A stretch of DNA of 63,770 nucleotides, filler included, from Armatimonadota bacterium (lineage in GTDB: Bacteria > Armatimonadota > Fimbriimonadia > Fimbriimonadales > Fimbriimonadaceae): the NCBI GenBank assembly GCA_031400935.1. It is 11 parts of 11 records of this genome, joined end to end, with 100 filler letters (N's around TTAATTAATTAA, not from the genome) between each part and the next. Parts side by side here need not be neighbours in the genome. Positions count along the whole stretch, not along the records: positions 37,428 to 53,167 come from JANNQV010000010.1; 10 more parts are not named here. One strand, given 5' to 3'. Position 1 is the first letter of the stretch; each line of letters begins with the position of its first letter. Both the position numbers and the translations under genes were made by a program. A model generated the notes under the pieces. The model saw nothing but the letters and a program-made list of their open reading frames with translations, had not been told where the DNA came from and searched no databases. This document shows, in pieces, positions 38,799 to 48,056 of this stretch.

Positions 38799-39500
38799 TT
38801 ACGGCGCAAACTTTGAAGGCGCAACGTCCATCGTGAAAAACTCCAGTACATCGTCAAGGCGATCAGCTTCAGCCTTGCAACCTGAAGCCACTTGTTGTGC
38901 CTTCGTTTTGGCTTCTTCGATAGACCGTTTCCGTTCCGAAATTTGCTCCTCTAGCTTTTGAATTTCCGTCGAAGCCAAACCGACAAACTTGTCAGCTTGA
39001 GCCTGATAACTTTCCGCGTAAGAAGCCAGTGCTGCCAGTTTCCGACTTGCATCTGCGATTACTTTTTCCGTACTTGCGCCGCTTGTCTTTGACATCGCCT
39101 CGAGCGTAATCTTCAACGTAGCCCGCTTCGCTTGGATCGGCAGTTCTGCCGGAAGCTGCGCCAAGAGCTCAATCACGTTTTCTGCGGTAAACGGCTCGTT
39201 TGGCAGCTTCGCCATCTGGTAAATTGCGGAATATGAAAGTGTTCCGTTTTCCAATAGAACGGGCACATTTGCAGGCTGTTCCTGGACTTGCGGCTTGATT
39301 TCATCTAGATTTGGGCCAGGTGATTCACGAACAATTTGCTCAACAGTTTTTGCATTTGGTGGCGAGGCAGCGGCAGTTTTTGGCAAGGAAGCCAAAAATT
39401 CAGCGTCGGACATCGTCGCAATAGCTGCTGGAGCTTTTTCGGCGGGAGGCATTTCAACGAACAAGCTCGCCGCTTTTCTGAGTGTGTCGCGAATGGGCAT
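38799..39500 (-). CDS. hypothetical coiled-coil protein
   Basis: Last gene of the ABC/OmpA operon; helical C-terminus. Confidence 0.7.
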   Translation of the reverse strand: MPIRDTLRKAASLFVEMPPAEKAPAAIATMSDAEFLASLPKTAAASPPNAKTVEQIVRESPGPNLDEIKPQVQEQPANVPVLLENGTLSYSAIYQMAKLPNEPFTAENVIELLAQLPAELPIQAKRATLKITLEAMSKTSGASTEKVIADASRKLAALASYAESYQAQADKFVGLASTEIQKLEEQISERKRSIEEAKTKAQQVASGCKAEADRLDDVLEFFTMDVAPSKFAP

Positions 39501-39509
39501 ATTTTGAAC

Positions 39510-40448
39510 CTACGGCAGATTATACAACCGATCTGCTCCAACTTCGATGTTCATTTCGTCAAACGGCGCGAGTTCACGCAGTGAATCGCTGAGATTGTCG
39601 CTTTGGTTTACAACATGGTCAATGTCGGCAAGGATTTGTTCTGGCGATCGAGCCCGAATTTCATCGCTGATTAGGCCAAAAGTATCTTCCATTAGTTGCA
39701 TCTGATGGGAAAGATTACTCAGAATTTCGCCGATGCGGGAGACATACTGGCTGCGTCGCCCTACGATTTCGATTCGTTTGTCGAAAAGTGCTTTGTTGTG
39801 CAAATTCTGTTCAATGCTCAGCCGAGCATGAAGCTGTTCGATGTCTTCGGCATAGCTTCCTTGAATCTCTTCGACTGCACCAAGCACCCAGTAGTCAGAC
39901 CTTTGAGAATCATCTATCACGGGAGATTCACCGATCTTTACGCGCTTCTTTTTTCCAGACTTCACGCCTGATTCGATTTCAAAAACAGGTTCGGCGCTCC
40001 TAACCTCTTCGAGAATTGATTCAATGTATGAATGAAATTCGTGCCGTTTTTCTGCAAAGAGCAAGAATTTTTCGAGCAAGTAATCAAGCTTGCGCAAAAC
40101 GTCGCGATAGTAGGGCTTGTCTCCGTCAGTTGGAGAAATGGTGCCGCGCTGTTTTTCGAGCCTGTTGAATCGCGAAATTTCTCCGTTCGAAAGGTGCGGG
40201 AAAACACGTTCTTTCAGTTTTGCCCGACGATCCGCAACCTCCTTATCGTATTTTGTTTCAAGCCGATCTTTATACCATTTTGAATCTGGAACAAATAGCA
40301 AATAGACGGCCTCTGCAATAAGCCCAACCAGTAGCGGAAGTGGATTCAGCGTGGCAGCGGACAAGGCAAAGAGTCCAGCCAAGCTGACAATATTCCCGCC
40401 CTCTTGAAAGGCAGTTCCAACATTGCTCGGTTTTTGAGGAGGCTTCAT
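39510..40448 (-). CDS. hypothetical 2-TM plus coiled-coil protein
   Basis: N-terminal hydrophobic hairpin, long helical region. Confidence 0.7.
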   Translation of the reverse strand: MKPPQKPSNVGTAFQEGGNIVSLAGLFALSAATLNPLPLLVGLIAEAVYLLFVPDSKWYKDRLETKYDKEVADRRAKLKERVFPHLSNGEISRFNRLEKQRGTISPTDGDKPYYRDVLRKLDYLLEKFLLFAEKRHEFHSYIESILEEVRSAEPVFEIESGVKSGKKKRVKIGESPVIDDSQRSDYWVLGAVEEIQGSYAEDIEQLHARLSIEQNLHNKALFDKRIEIVGRRSQYVSRIGEILSNLSHQMQLMEDTFGLISDEIRARSPEQILADIDHVVNQSDNLSDSLRELAPFDEMNIEVGADRLYNLP

Positions 40449-40514
40449 AGCAGAGTTCGAATCATCCTTTTTGCCAGGAAGAATGAATCTACCTTGCTTC
40501 GACGGTTCGACGAA

Positions 40515-41336
40515 CTACAGACGTGAAAAATCGTCTCGAATCTCCTGTACAGTCTGCGAAAACCGAGGCATGTGAATGACGGTGTCGTGCCATGCGAGGT
40601 CTCGTTCAATTAGATTGATGGATTTTTGGATTCGCGCGCCTGGGATTGGAGTTCCGTTCGCCTCTTGATCCCGCCCAAGCAGCCAAATGGTGTCGCAAAC
40701 TTGAACTGCCGCCGAAATATCGTGGGTTACGACGATGATCGTCTTCAATTCATCGGATGCAGCAACCTCCTGAATGAACTTGCAGACTCGATCAATCGCG
40801 TTGACGTCAAGCCCAGAAAACGGCTCGTCCATGAGCAAGAAATGCTCGCTGCACATGAATTGTTGCGCAATTGCCACTCGCTGCCTCATCCCGCCCGAAA
40901 GCTGTACTGGATACTTTTTGCCGTGGTCTTCGAGGGCAAATTGTTTGAGATAATCCATCGCCTTTCTTCGCGCTTCACTTGAGGACATATTTCCCAGCTT
41001 TCCAGAAAGGACGAGATTCCCCATAACAGTCCGATGCTCGAAAAGCGGATAGCTTTGCGCAACAACGCCAACCATTCCTCGTTTGACCGGAACTTGTGCG
41101 TTGCCGACTAATACTTCGCCAGTATCTGGCTCGTCTAAGCCTGCCAAGATTCGAAAAAGCCGAGTTTTGCCCATGCCAGATGGTCCGAGCAAACCCACAA
41201 CTTGTCCCTGGGAATGTCCTTCCCGATGAATATTCCGAATTTCGAGGTTGACATCGCGAAGAATCAGATTTCCACCAAGTGTCAAGTTGATCCCTTTGGC
41301 GCTCAAGAGCACCTGACGAAGTTCATGTTTCGTCAT
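40515..41336 (-). CDS. ABC transporter ATP-binding protein (TauB/SsuB-like)
   Basis: GPSGMGKT, LSGGMRQR, LMDEPFSGLD and VTHD motifs. Confidence 0.93.
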   Translation of the reverse strand: MTKHELRQVLLSAKGINLTLGGNLILRDVNLEIRNIHREGHSQGQVVGLLGPSGMGKTRLFRILAGLDEPDTGEVLVGNAQVPVKRGMVGVVAQSYPLFEHRTVMGNLVLSGKLGNMSSSEARRKAMDYLKQFALEDHGKKYPVQLSGGMRQRVAIAQQFMCSEHFLLMDEPFSGLDVNAIDRVCKFIQEVAASDELKTIIVVTHDISAAVQVCDTIWLLGRDQEANGTPIPGARIQKSINLIERDLAWHDTVIHMPRFSQTVQEIRDDFSRL

Positions 41337-42199
41337 GATGCCACCTTCCTATCCAGTTTCAAATCGGCATGAGGGCAAACGATTTTGCGGACGAAACCGA
41401 TCAGATAATCCTGGAAAATTCCTACGAGCAAGATCACAATTTGAATGGCATAGATTTCGGGTAGGCGAAAGAATTTTTGCTGGCTCAACAGCACGGTTCC
41501 GATGCCGCCTTCTGAACGAACGATTCCTTCTACCATGGTAAGCATCATCCAGCCGATTGCGGCGTTTTGGCGCATAACTTCAAACGCTTTTTCCGCCGTT
41601 CCTAAAACGATGACCTCCCAAACGACTCGCCATTCGCCCATCCGCAGAGTTCGGGCATGGTCAAATTTCTCCTTGGGAATTTCTTCAACAGTAGATGCCA
41701 TTGAAGTGAGGAAAAATACGGTCATTCCGAAGACGAGAAGCGAAAGCTTTAGCGGATAGCCTCCGCCAAAGAGCAAGATAAATATAAGCGAAAACCCTGC
41801 AAGACTAAGGAATCGGCCCTTGGTCATTGCAGAAACAAGCGGACGAAAAAATGGCAAAACAGTTAGATAGGAAAGTACAAGAGAAAGAATGGCAGTTAGA
41901 ATTAGGGCCTGAAAATTGAGCTTGAAACTGATCATCAGTTCCGGCCCTAAACCCTTTTCCAACCATAGCGTTTGGAGTGCGGTACCAACTTCCATTGGGG
42001 TCGGGAGCACTTTGAAAGGCGAATTCAGCCATATCAACAGAGCCGCACCGATTTGCACCAATGCAACCGTTCGGATCGTAGTGAGCGAGACAATTTTGTT
42101 GGGCGTAAAAGTGCCGATGAAATCAATAACTGGCACTCGCCGAACCTTTCTTGCTTCAGGTTCCGGCGAATTTCCCTTTGGAATAGGTGCCTCGCTCAC
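41333..42199 (-). CDS. ABC transporter permease (TauC/SsuC-like)
   Basis: LPTP.EV, EAA-like FDHARTL and GGIG motifs. Confidence 0.88.
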   Translation of the reverse strand: MSEAPIPKGNSPEPEARKVRRVPVIDFIGTFTPNKIVSLTTIRTVALVQIGAALLIWLNSPFKVLPTPMEVGTALQTLWLEKGLGPELMISFKLNFQALILTAILSLVLSYLTVLPFFRPLVSAMTKGRFLSLAGFSLIFILLFGGGYPLKLSLLVFGMTVFFLTSMASTVEEIPKEKFDHARTLRMGEWRVVWEVIVLGTAEKAFEVMRQNAAIGWMMLTMVEGIVRSEGGIGTVLLSQQKFFRLPEIYAIQIVILLVGIFQDYLIGFVRKIVCPHADLKLDRKVAS

Positions 42200-44028
42200 T
42201 AGTCTCCCGCTCGCAGGACGATCTCAACTCTTCGGTTCTGCGCCTTTCCTGCTTCGGAGCTGTTTGGCGATACCGGATTCACTTGGCCGTGCGAGAAAAT
42301 GCGAATTTTCCCTTCAGGGAAGTTCACCCTTGCTCGTTTTTCGATCCAAGATTTCACAGCGAACGCTCTTGCTTCAGAAAGCTTCATGTTTGAATCTGCG
42401 TTGCCTGCATTGTCTGTATGGCCATGTATCTCAACAACCGTGTTTCCTGCGATGAGCAAGTCTTGCATCAGTTTTCCTAGCTGTGAAGCAGCTTCTGGAG
42501 TAAAAGTAGCCTTGCCAGTTGCGAATCGAATTCGCCACGATTTTCTGCTGACAACTCGCTTTGGCGGTGCGCCTGTCATTGGCTTGATGGGGCTTGCCTT
42601 TGCAATTTCAGTAGTTGTTGGCGCGCTCCTTCGAGAAATGGAACGAACATACGAAGTGTCCGTGATCAGCGATGCCTTATCAAACGAAGGAAGCATATCT
42701 GGGTATTGCTGCTTGACGATGTTGCCAAATACCGTGTAAGTGGCATCGAACAAGTTCTGTGAACCTGAAACGAGCCCAAAGAGGACCAAGTTGTCGGCGA
42801 GATTATTAACCGAACTGCCGCCAAGTTCAACGGTCAATCCTTGCTTGTCGGTCTCGATAACGCCCCGATAATATTTCTCCCAATACTCAGGACCCGTATC
42901 AGGTTCGCTGAACACTTCATCAGCAATTCGAGAAGCATGTGTAAGGGCTTGGCCGCTAGATTTCACAGCATCGCCTCCCATAAACATAGCCTCAAGCATG
43001 TTCTCCACTTTTCCGCGATTGCTCTTCATCCACTTGTCAATTCCAATAATCGTATTTGGCATTTGAGAGCTATATTCTTTGGTTGAAACGATGGAAACCA
43101 AGCCGCCTTTCGATCTTGCAATCGTTACGTCGCCTGGAGTCCAGGTTACAACGCCTTGAACTGTTATCTTTTTCGTCTCGCCAGTTCGCCTGCCGTTTTT
43201 GACAATAGGTCTAGTTTCTGAATATCCAGCGATATACTTTTCAGCCGCATCAATATAGTCGTTTGCCGAAACCCAGTTCAAAGCATCAGGGTCGTAAGTT
43301 TTTTCATCTGGGTTGTTTTTTAGGCCGTTGTCGCCGAGCCATTTCAATGCGATATTCCAGTCTCCGTCTCGAAGGTAGCCCGAAACAACACCGCCCTTTG
43401 CAGCGGAAGGGTTGTCCTTCCAGCTTTGTGGCCCCATAAATTTGTCTTCGCCGCGCGAATATCCCATCGAGCCGATAACTTTGGCCTTGTATTCAGGACC
43501 AAGTTTTTCCAAAACACGATTTACGCCATCCAAGAACGAAGCCGAACCGTCGCCCATGATTGCCACAAAATGCGCTCCAATGTCTGGTTGAGCGTTGCCC
43601 CTGCTTAATTCATTTGCAAACGTTACTAGCTCCTCCTGCATTTTTGTAGGGTCGTCCTGGCGGATGTACTTCAGGTTCACGCCCTGCTTTGCCATAAGGC
43701 TGCCTTCTGTTGTTTCGGCTCCGCCATTCGCAAACAATCCGCCAAGTTGGGCGTTCCAAGCCCAGAGAAGCAGACGGACTTGTTGCCCTCCGCTTCCTGA
43801 AGGGCGCGATGTTGGAATCGCCATGTTCGGATTTTTTGAAGCTGTGCTAGTGGATTCAAGAGTCGGCAAATCAGCGCGAAGGGGAACCGTGGATTCACGT
43901 TCTTTCGCGGATGGCATAATCCCGCTCAAAAATCCTCCCGTGCCTCCTGAAATCATGCGAAATGCACCGTATGCGATTCCGATGACAACAAGGAGAATGG
44001 CAATCTTTCCAGGAGTTTTGATTTTCAT
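42199..44028 (-). CDS. membrane-anchored substrate-binding protein fused to an OmpA-like peptidoglycan-binding domain
   Basis: N-terminal TM; PBP-like body; GHTDNAG..N.KLSEARA and NRRVEI OmpA_C motifs. Confidence 0.85.
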   Translation of the reverse strand: MKIKTPGKIAILLVVIGIAYGAFRMISGGTGGFLSGIMPSAKERESTVPLRADLPTLESTSTASKNPNMAIPTSRPSGSGGQQVRLLLWAWNAQLGGLFANGGAETTEGSLMAKQGVNLKYIRQDDPTKMQEELVTFANELSRGNAQPDIGAHFVAIMGDGSASFLDGVNRVLEKLGPEYKAKVIGSMGYSRGEDKFMGPQSWKDNPSAAKGGVVSGYLRDGDWNIALKWLGDNGLKNNPDEKTYDPDALNWVSANDYIDAAEKYIAGYSETRPIVKNGRRTGETKKITVQGVVTWTPGDVTIARSKGGLVSIVSTKEYSSQMPNTIIGIDKWMKSNRGKVENMLEAMFMGGDAVKSSGQALTHASRIADEVFSEPDTGPEYWEKYYRGVIETDKQGLTVELGGSSVNNLADNLVLFGLVSGSQNLFDATYTVFGNIVKQQYPDMLPSFDKASLITDTSYVRSISRRSAPTTTEIAKASPIKPMTGAPPKRVVSRKSWRIRFATGKATFTPEAASQLGKLMQDLLIAGNTVVEIHGHTDNAGNADSNMKLSEARAFAVKSWIEKRARVNFPEGKIRIFSHGQVNPVSPNSSEAGKAQNRRVEIVLRAGD

Positions 44029-44242
44029 AATTGTCTCAACTATGCTCGAGTTTGGCTAAGCCATCTAATTCAAGCCGAAATGTCCAAATGTAAGTACGAA
44101 CGGGTACCTATTGGGGATTCAACACAGGCTTACGAATTCCTGCAAGGATGAATCCATGATTGTTGCACGTTCAACCCCGATCAGCTATAATTGAGTGGGC
44201 TTTGCGCCCGGAATTTTCCCTTCAACGACGAACGAAAAAACC

Positions 44243-46210
44243 ATGTCCACAGATACCGCCGCGAAATCGCTAAACAAACTCGACCTTCTCCGATTGATGC
44301 TAGAAAGCCGCGAAGGCGATAGGCGCGAAGGCATTCTGCTCCGCCAATCCAAAGGCTGGTTCCAGGTTAGCGGAATGGGGCATGAAGCGCTCGCCGCGCT
44401 CGCCTATTGCTTGCGCCCGAGCGACTACATTTTTCCGTATTATCGCGCACGCGCTTTGATGCTTGCCCGAGGAATGACCACTGACGAACTGGCTTTAGCC
44501 TATTTTGCGAAGCGGGACTCAACTTCTGGCGGACGCCAGATGCCTGGACACTATAGCTCAAGGAAATTGAACGTATTCAGCGTTCCGACCCCAACCGGCG
44601 CCAACCTGATTCCTGCCGCTGGCACGGCTTGGGCGATGCAACTCAGTAATGACGATTCGGTTTGTATCGCAAGCATTGGCGATGCTGCGAGCCGTCAAGG
44701 CGAGTTTTTTGAAGCGATTGCTTTTGCGATTCAAGAAAAGCTTCCCGTGATTTTCATTGTCGAAGACAACAAGTACGGAATTTCGACTGCAACCGAGAAA
44801 TACAACCCGTTTAGACTTGGAGTTTTTAGCGAAGATATTGTCACGAATGTTGATGCCCGTTACCCTGAAAAGGTGTATGCAGCAGGACTCGCGGCGGTAG
44901 CGAAAGCGCGAAAGGGCGACGGCCCAACGATTTTATGGTGCGATCTCGACCGTTTGAGCAGCCACACAAGCTCAGATGATCACCGTGTCTATCGCCCGCA
45001 AGAAGAAATTGACGAAATGGCAGGGCGAGACCCGATTCTGCTTTTGAGAGAAGAATTAATCGCGGCGGGGCAGTTGACTGAAGCCGAATTCGCGAAATGG
45101 GAAGATGATTTGGCGGCTCAAGTGGATGCCGCTTATTTGAAAGCGGAAACCGCAGATGATCCGAAAGCTGAAGAAGTCGAGGATAGAAATTTTGGCGACG
45201 AAGTCCCGGTTACCATGCCTCCAATTCAGCCTGGCCCACGTCAAACCATGGTCAATTCGATCAATCAAACTTTCCGAAAAGCGTTGGAAAATGATCCAAA
45301 GGTCATCTTTTTTGGCGAAGACATCGAAGATCCGAAGGGCGGTGTTTTCGGAATCACGAAAGGCCTTAGCGAGTCGTTTCCGAAGCAGGTTTTCAATTCT
45401 CCGCTAGCAGAAGCCACAATCATGGGCGTTGCCGTTGGCGTTGCGATTTACGGGATGAAGCCCGTTTTTGAAATCCAGTTTATTGACTTTATTTCGCCAG
45501 GTTGGAATCAAGTGGTGACGAACATTTCAACGCTTCGATGGAGATCGTTTGGCGATTGGAAATGCCCAATGGTCATTTATGCGCCTTGTGGAGCTTATCT
45601 GCCTGGCGGTTCGCTTTGGCATTCGATGGCGGGTGAATCGTACTTGGCGCACACAACTGGGATCAAAATAGCTGTTCCTTCGACTCCCGAAGATGCCGCA
45701 GGGCTGTTTTGGTCGGCGATTCATAGCGACGATCCTGTATTCATATTGGTTCCGAAGCACATCTTCCGAAAGCCGCTAACTGTGGAAAATGTTGAGCCAA
45801 TTCCTCTAGGAAAAGCGCGAATCCAAAAACAAGGAAGAGATGTGACAATCGTGAGCTATGGCAACTGCTTGGAGCTTGCCGATGAAGCTGCAAAATCTCT
45901 TGACGGCGAAGTGAGCGTTGAGATCATTGACCTTCGAAGTTTGATTCCGTGCGACTACGAGACGATTACGAGGTCGGTCGAAAAAACGGGAAGGCTTGTC
46001 GTGATCGCCGAAGACAACCGTACTTGCTCTTTTGCTCAAACCATTTGCGCCGAGATGGTTTCTGTGCCAGAAAGGTTCAATTTGTTCCTCTCTCCACCTC
46101 AGATAGTGGCAAAGAAAGACGTGCCGATTGGCTACCACCCGACATACGAATACGCCGCGCTTCCAAGTTTGGAGCAGGTGATCGAGGCGATTCGGGTTAC
46201 GATGGAGTAG
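44243..46210 (+). CDS. 2-oxoacid dehydrogenase E1, fused alpha/beta subunits
   Basis: GDAASRQG..EDNKYGIST TPP motif; GED..GGVF, NSPLAE, EIQFIDF and DLRSL beta-subunit motifs. Confidence 0.92.
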   Translation: MSTDTAAKSLNKLDLLRLMLESREGDRREGILLRQSKGWFQVSGMGHEALAALAYCLRPSDYIFPYYRARALMLARGMTTDELALAYFAKRDSTSGGRQMPGHYSSRKLNVFSVPTPTGANLIPAAGTAWAMQLSNDDSVCIASIGDAASRQGEFFEAIAFAIQEKLPVIFIVEDNKYGISTATEKYNPFRLGVFSEDIVTNVDARYPEKVYAAGLAAVAKARKGDGPTILWCDLDRLSSHTSSDDHRVYRPQEEIDEMAGRDPILLLREELIAAGQLTEAEFAKWEDDLAAQVDAAYLKAETADDPKAEEVEDRNFGDEVPVTMPPIQPGPRQTMVNSINQTFRKALENDPKVIFFGEDIEDPKGGVFGITKGLSESFPKQVFNSPLAEATIMGVAVGVAIYGMKPVFEIQFIDFISPGWNQVVTNISTLRWRSFGDWKCPMVIYAPCGAYLPGGSLWHSMAGESYLAHTTGIKIAVPSTPEDAAGLFWSAIHSDDPVFILVPKHIFRKPLTVENVEPIPLGKARIQKQGRDVTIVSYGNCLELADEAAKSLDGEVSVEIIDLRSLIPCDYETITRSVEKTGRLVVIAEDNRTCSFAQTICAEMVSVPERFNLFLSPPQIVAKKDVPIGYHPTYEYAALPSLEQVIEAIRVTME

Positions 46211-46439
46211 TTGTTGGGTATGGGTTATGGGGTATGGGGATGCTCGGAAGTTAGAGCGCCGAGCGGATTTCAAGCTTTAGACAACGAATCTGCACCGTCC
46301 CGGCATTGATAACCAACATCTAACAACTAAAAACCAACAACTCGAAGATCGGTCACTAGCAAATTCCACAAAAAATGCGCCATAATCTTGATTCGTTGCG
46401 GGTTCTATGTTTCCCGCCGTTGGACCCAAGAGGCGCATT

Positions 46440-46607
46440 ATGGCCAAGAAATCAGAAGCCCGAGAAATCATCCGAATCGTCTGCACCGAAGACGGGAAGA
46501 ATTATTATACGACGACCAAGAATAAGCGAAATACTACAGATCGTTTGGAATTGATCAAGTACAACCCGAGACTTCGTAAGCACACCCTTCATCGCGAGAA
46601 AAAATAA
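46440..46607 (+). CDS. rpmG: 50S ribosomal protein L33 (Zn-ribbon-less type)
   Basis: [32 protein letters not shown]. Confidence 0.96.
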   Translation: MAKKSEAREIIRIVCTEDGKNYYTTTKNKRNTTDRLELIKYNPRLRKHTLHREKK

Positions 46608-46608
46608 C

Positions 46609-46690
46609 AATTTGAATTGACAGGATGAATCCTGTCCTACAATGAAACGTTGAATGAGAATTTGAACTGACAGGATAAATCCTGTCCTAC
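46609..46690. repeat. two 32-bp direct repeats (50-bp period), each with a GACAGGAT-N2-ATCCTGTC palindrome
   Basis: Copies at 46609-46640 and 46659-46690 with 2 mismatches; the minus strand reads GTAG plus palindrome. Confidence 0.85.
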
Positions 46691-46703
46691 TAAGGAACAA
46701 GAG

Positions 46704-46889
46704 ATGCCAAATCCTAAACGTCGCCACAGCCACCAGAGAACTGCCTTGCGCCGAACGCACTACATCGCGATTCTGCCCGAGATCGTAGCGACTAAACAAG
46801 TTGGCGGTGATCCATTCCGCCTGAATCACTGTGCTTCGCCTGACGGATACTACAAGGGCCGTCGGCTTCCTGGATTCAAGGACAAGTAG
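46704..46889 (+). CDS. rpmF: 50S ribosomal protein L32 (Zn-ribbon-less type)
   Basis: MPNPKRRHSHQRTALRRTHY..H...GYYKGR. Confidence 0.93.
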   Translation: MPNPKRRHSHQRTALRRTHYIAILPEIVATKQVGGDPFRLNHCASPDGYYKGRRLPGFKDK

Positions 46890-47061
46890 GCCACGTTGGC
46901 CGTTAGCAGTGACCGGTTCGCGGTTAGCTGAACGCATTTCGCAGAATCGCAACTCTGTCCATGTTGTTTTGAATATCAACCCTGTGTCTGTATTTGAACC
47001 AAAGTGCCACATCACATGATTGATTGCATTTCACGGAAAATTGAATTCTGCTAACCGCCAA

Positions 47062-48024
47062 CTAGAATTCAAGTCCCAACATCCTATCCAACTCAGGATT
47101 TGGAACCGATCCACGATCACTTATTGAAAGCTTGGGATCGAAAGCAGAACACGGCGTTCCAAATCTTGGCTTCGAAAATCCTAGCGTCGTGTTTCCCCTT
47201 GCAAGAATCTGATTTGCATTGCCATCGAGCCATGGGGTGAAACTTCGCGCATTGCAATAGTGACTCACAAACGACCTTCTCATTCGGTCGGTTGTGCGGT
47301 TGCTGTAGCTTCGGTGTAAAGTGTGCCCGCCAAAAAAAGCAACGTCTCCGGGTTCCATTTCGCAACAAAACTTGTTGGATTCGAGCCGATTTACCATGGG
47401 CTGCAAATCATTTCCAGGGTCGTCATCGCTGTTGCTATGACCTCCTACTCCGCCAACTCTTGGGATTTCATCCAAGTTCCAATCGCCATGTCCGCCGCCG
47501 TTTTTGGGAGGATAGATCGGCTCCGTATTGCTTCCTCGAAGCATCCACATGCACCCATTTTCTTCTTTGGCGGGGTCAATGGCAATCCATGCTCCGATTA
47601 GGGAATCTGGAAATGTCGGAATGTAATAACTGTCTTGATGCCATCCTTGCCCATCGGAACCTGGCGCACGGAAAAAGAGCATGGTCTGCAAAGCCGCGAC
47701 ATCTGGCCCTGTTAGTGCTTCCACTACATCAAGCACCCTTGGATAAAGCAGATAGCGCTCTGAGAGTTCGTCTACATAGTGAAGCATGTGAACTCGCAGA
47801 AGCCTCTTTTCCATTTCTGCTGTGGATTCCCCAGGGACAGGCGGCTCCACGCCTTCCAGCTGAATCCTTCCGTACATCAAGTCTTCTGAATACTGTTTGA
47901 GTTCGGCAACATGCTGAGGCAAAACAAGCCCACGAACAATGAGAAATCCATCGCGCTTGTAATCGCGATATTGGTCGACAGATACTTTGAACGGGGCCAT
48001 TGAGAGCCATGGGTGTTCGCTCAT
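47062..48024 (-). CDS. phytanoyl-CoA dioxygenase (PhyH) family Fe/2OG enzyme
   Basis: WHQD, WIAID..ENGC and GDV.FF...LHRS..N motifs. Confidence 0.9.
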   Translation of the reverse strand: MSEHPWLSMAPFKVSVDQYRDYKRDGFLIVRGLVLPQHVAELKQYSEDLMYGRIQLEGVEPPVPGESTAEMEKRLLRVHMLHYVDELSERYLLYPRVLDVVEALTGPDVAALQTMLFFRAPGSDGQGWHQDSYYIPTFPDSLIGAWIAIDPAKEENGCMWMLRGSNTEPIYPPKNGGGHGDWNLDEIPRVGGVGGHSNSDDDPGNDLQPMVNRLESNKFCCEMEPGDVAFFGGHTLHRSYSNRTTDRMRRSFVSHYCNARSFTPWLDGNANQILARGNTTLGFSKPRFGTPCSAFDPKLSISDRGSVPNPELDRMLGLEF

Positions 48025-48056
48025 ATATGGATTATGCTCAGATTGGTTCGGATTTG

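Noticed and set aside
44243..46210. Fused E1 alpha/beta as a novelty
   Set aside because: This fusion is common in several bacterial phyla.
46609..46690. Two 32-bp palindromic repeats as a mini-CRISPR
   Set aside because: Only two copies with an 18-nt spacer, located between ribosomal protein genes, with no cas genes. REP or operator is a better fit.
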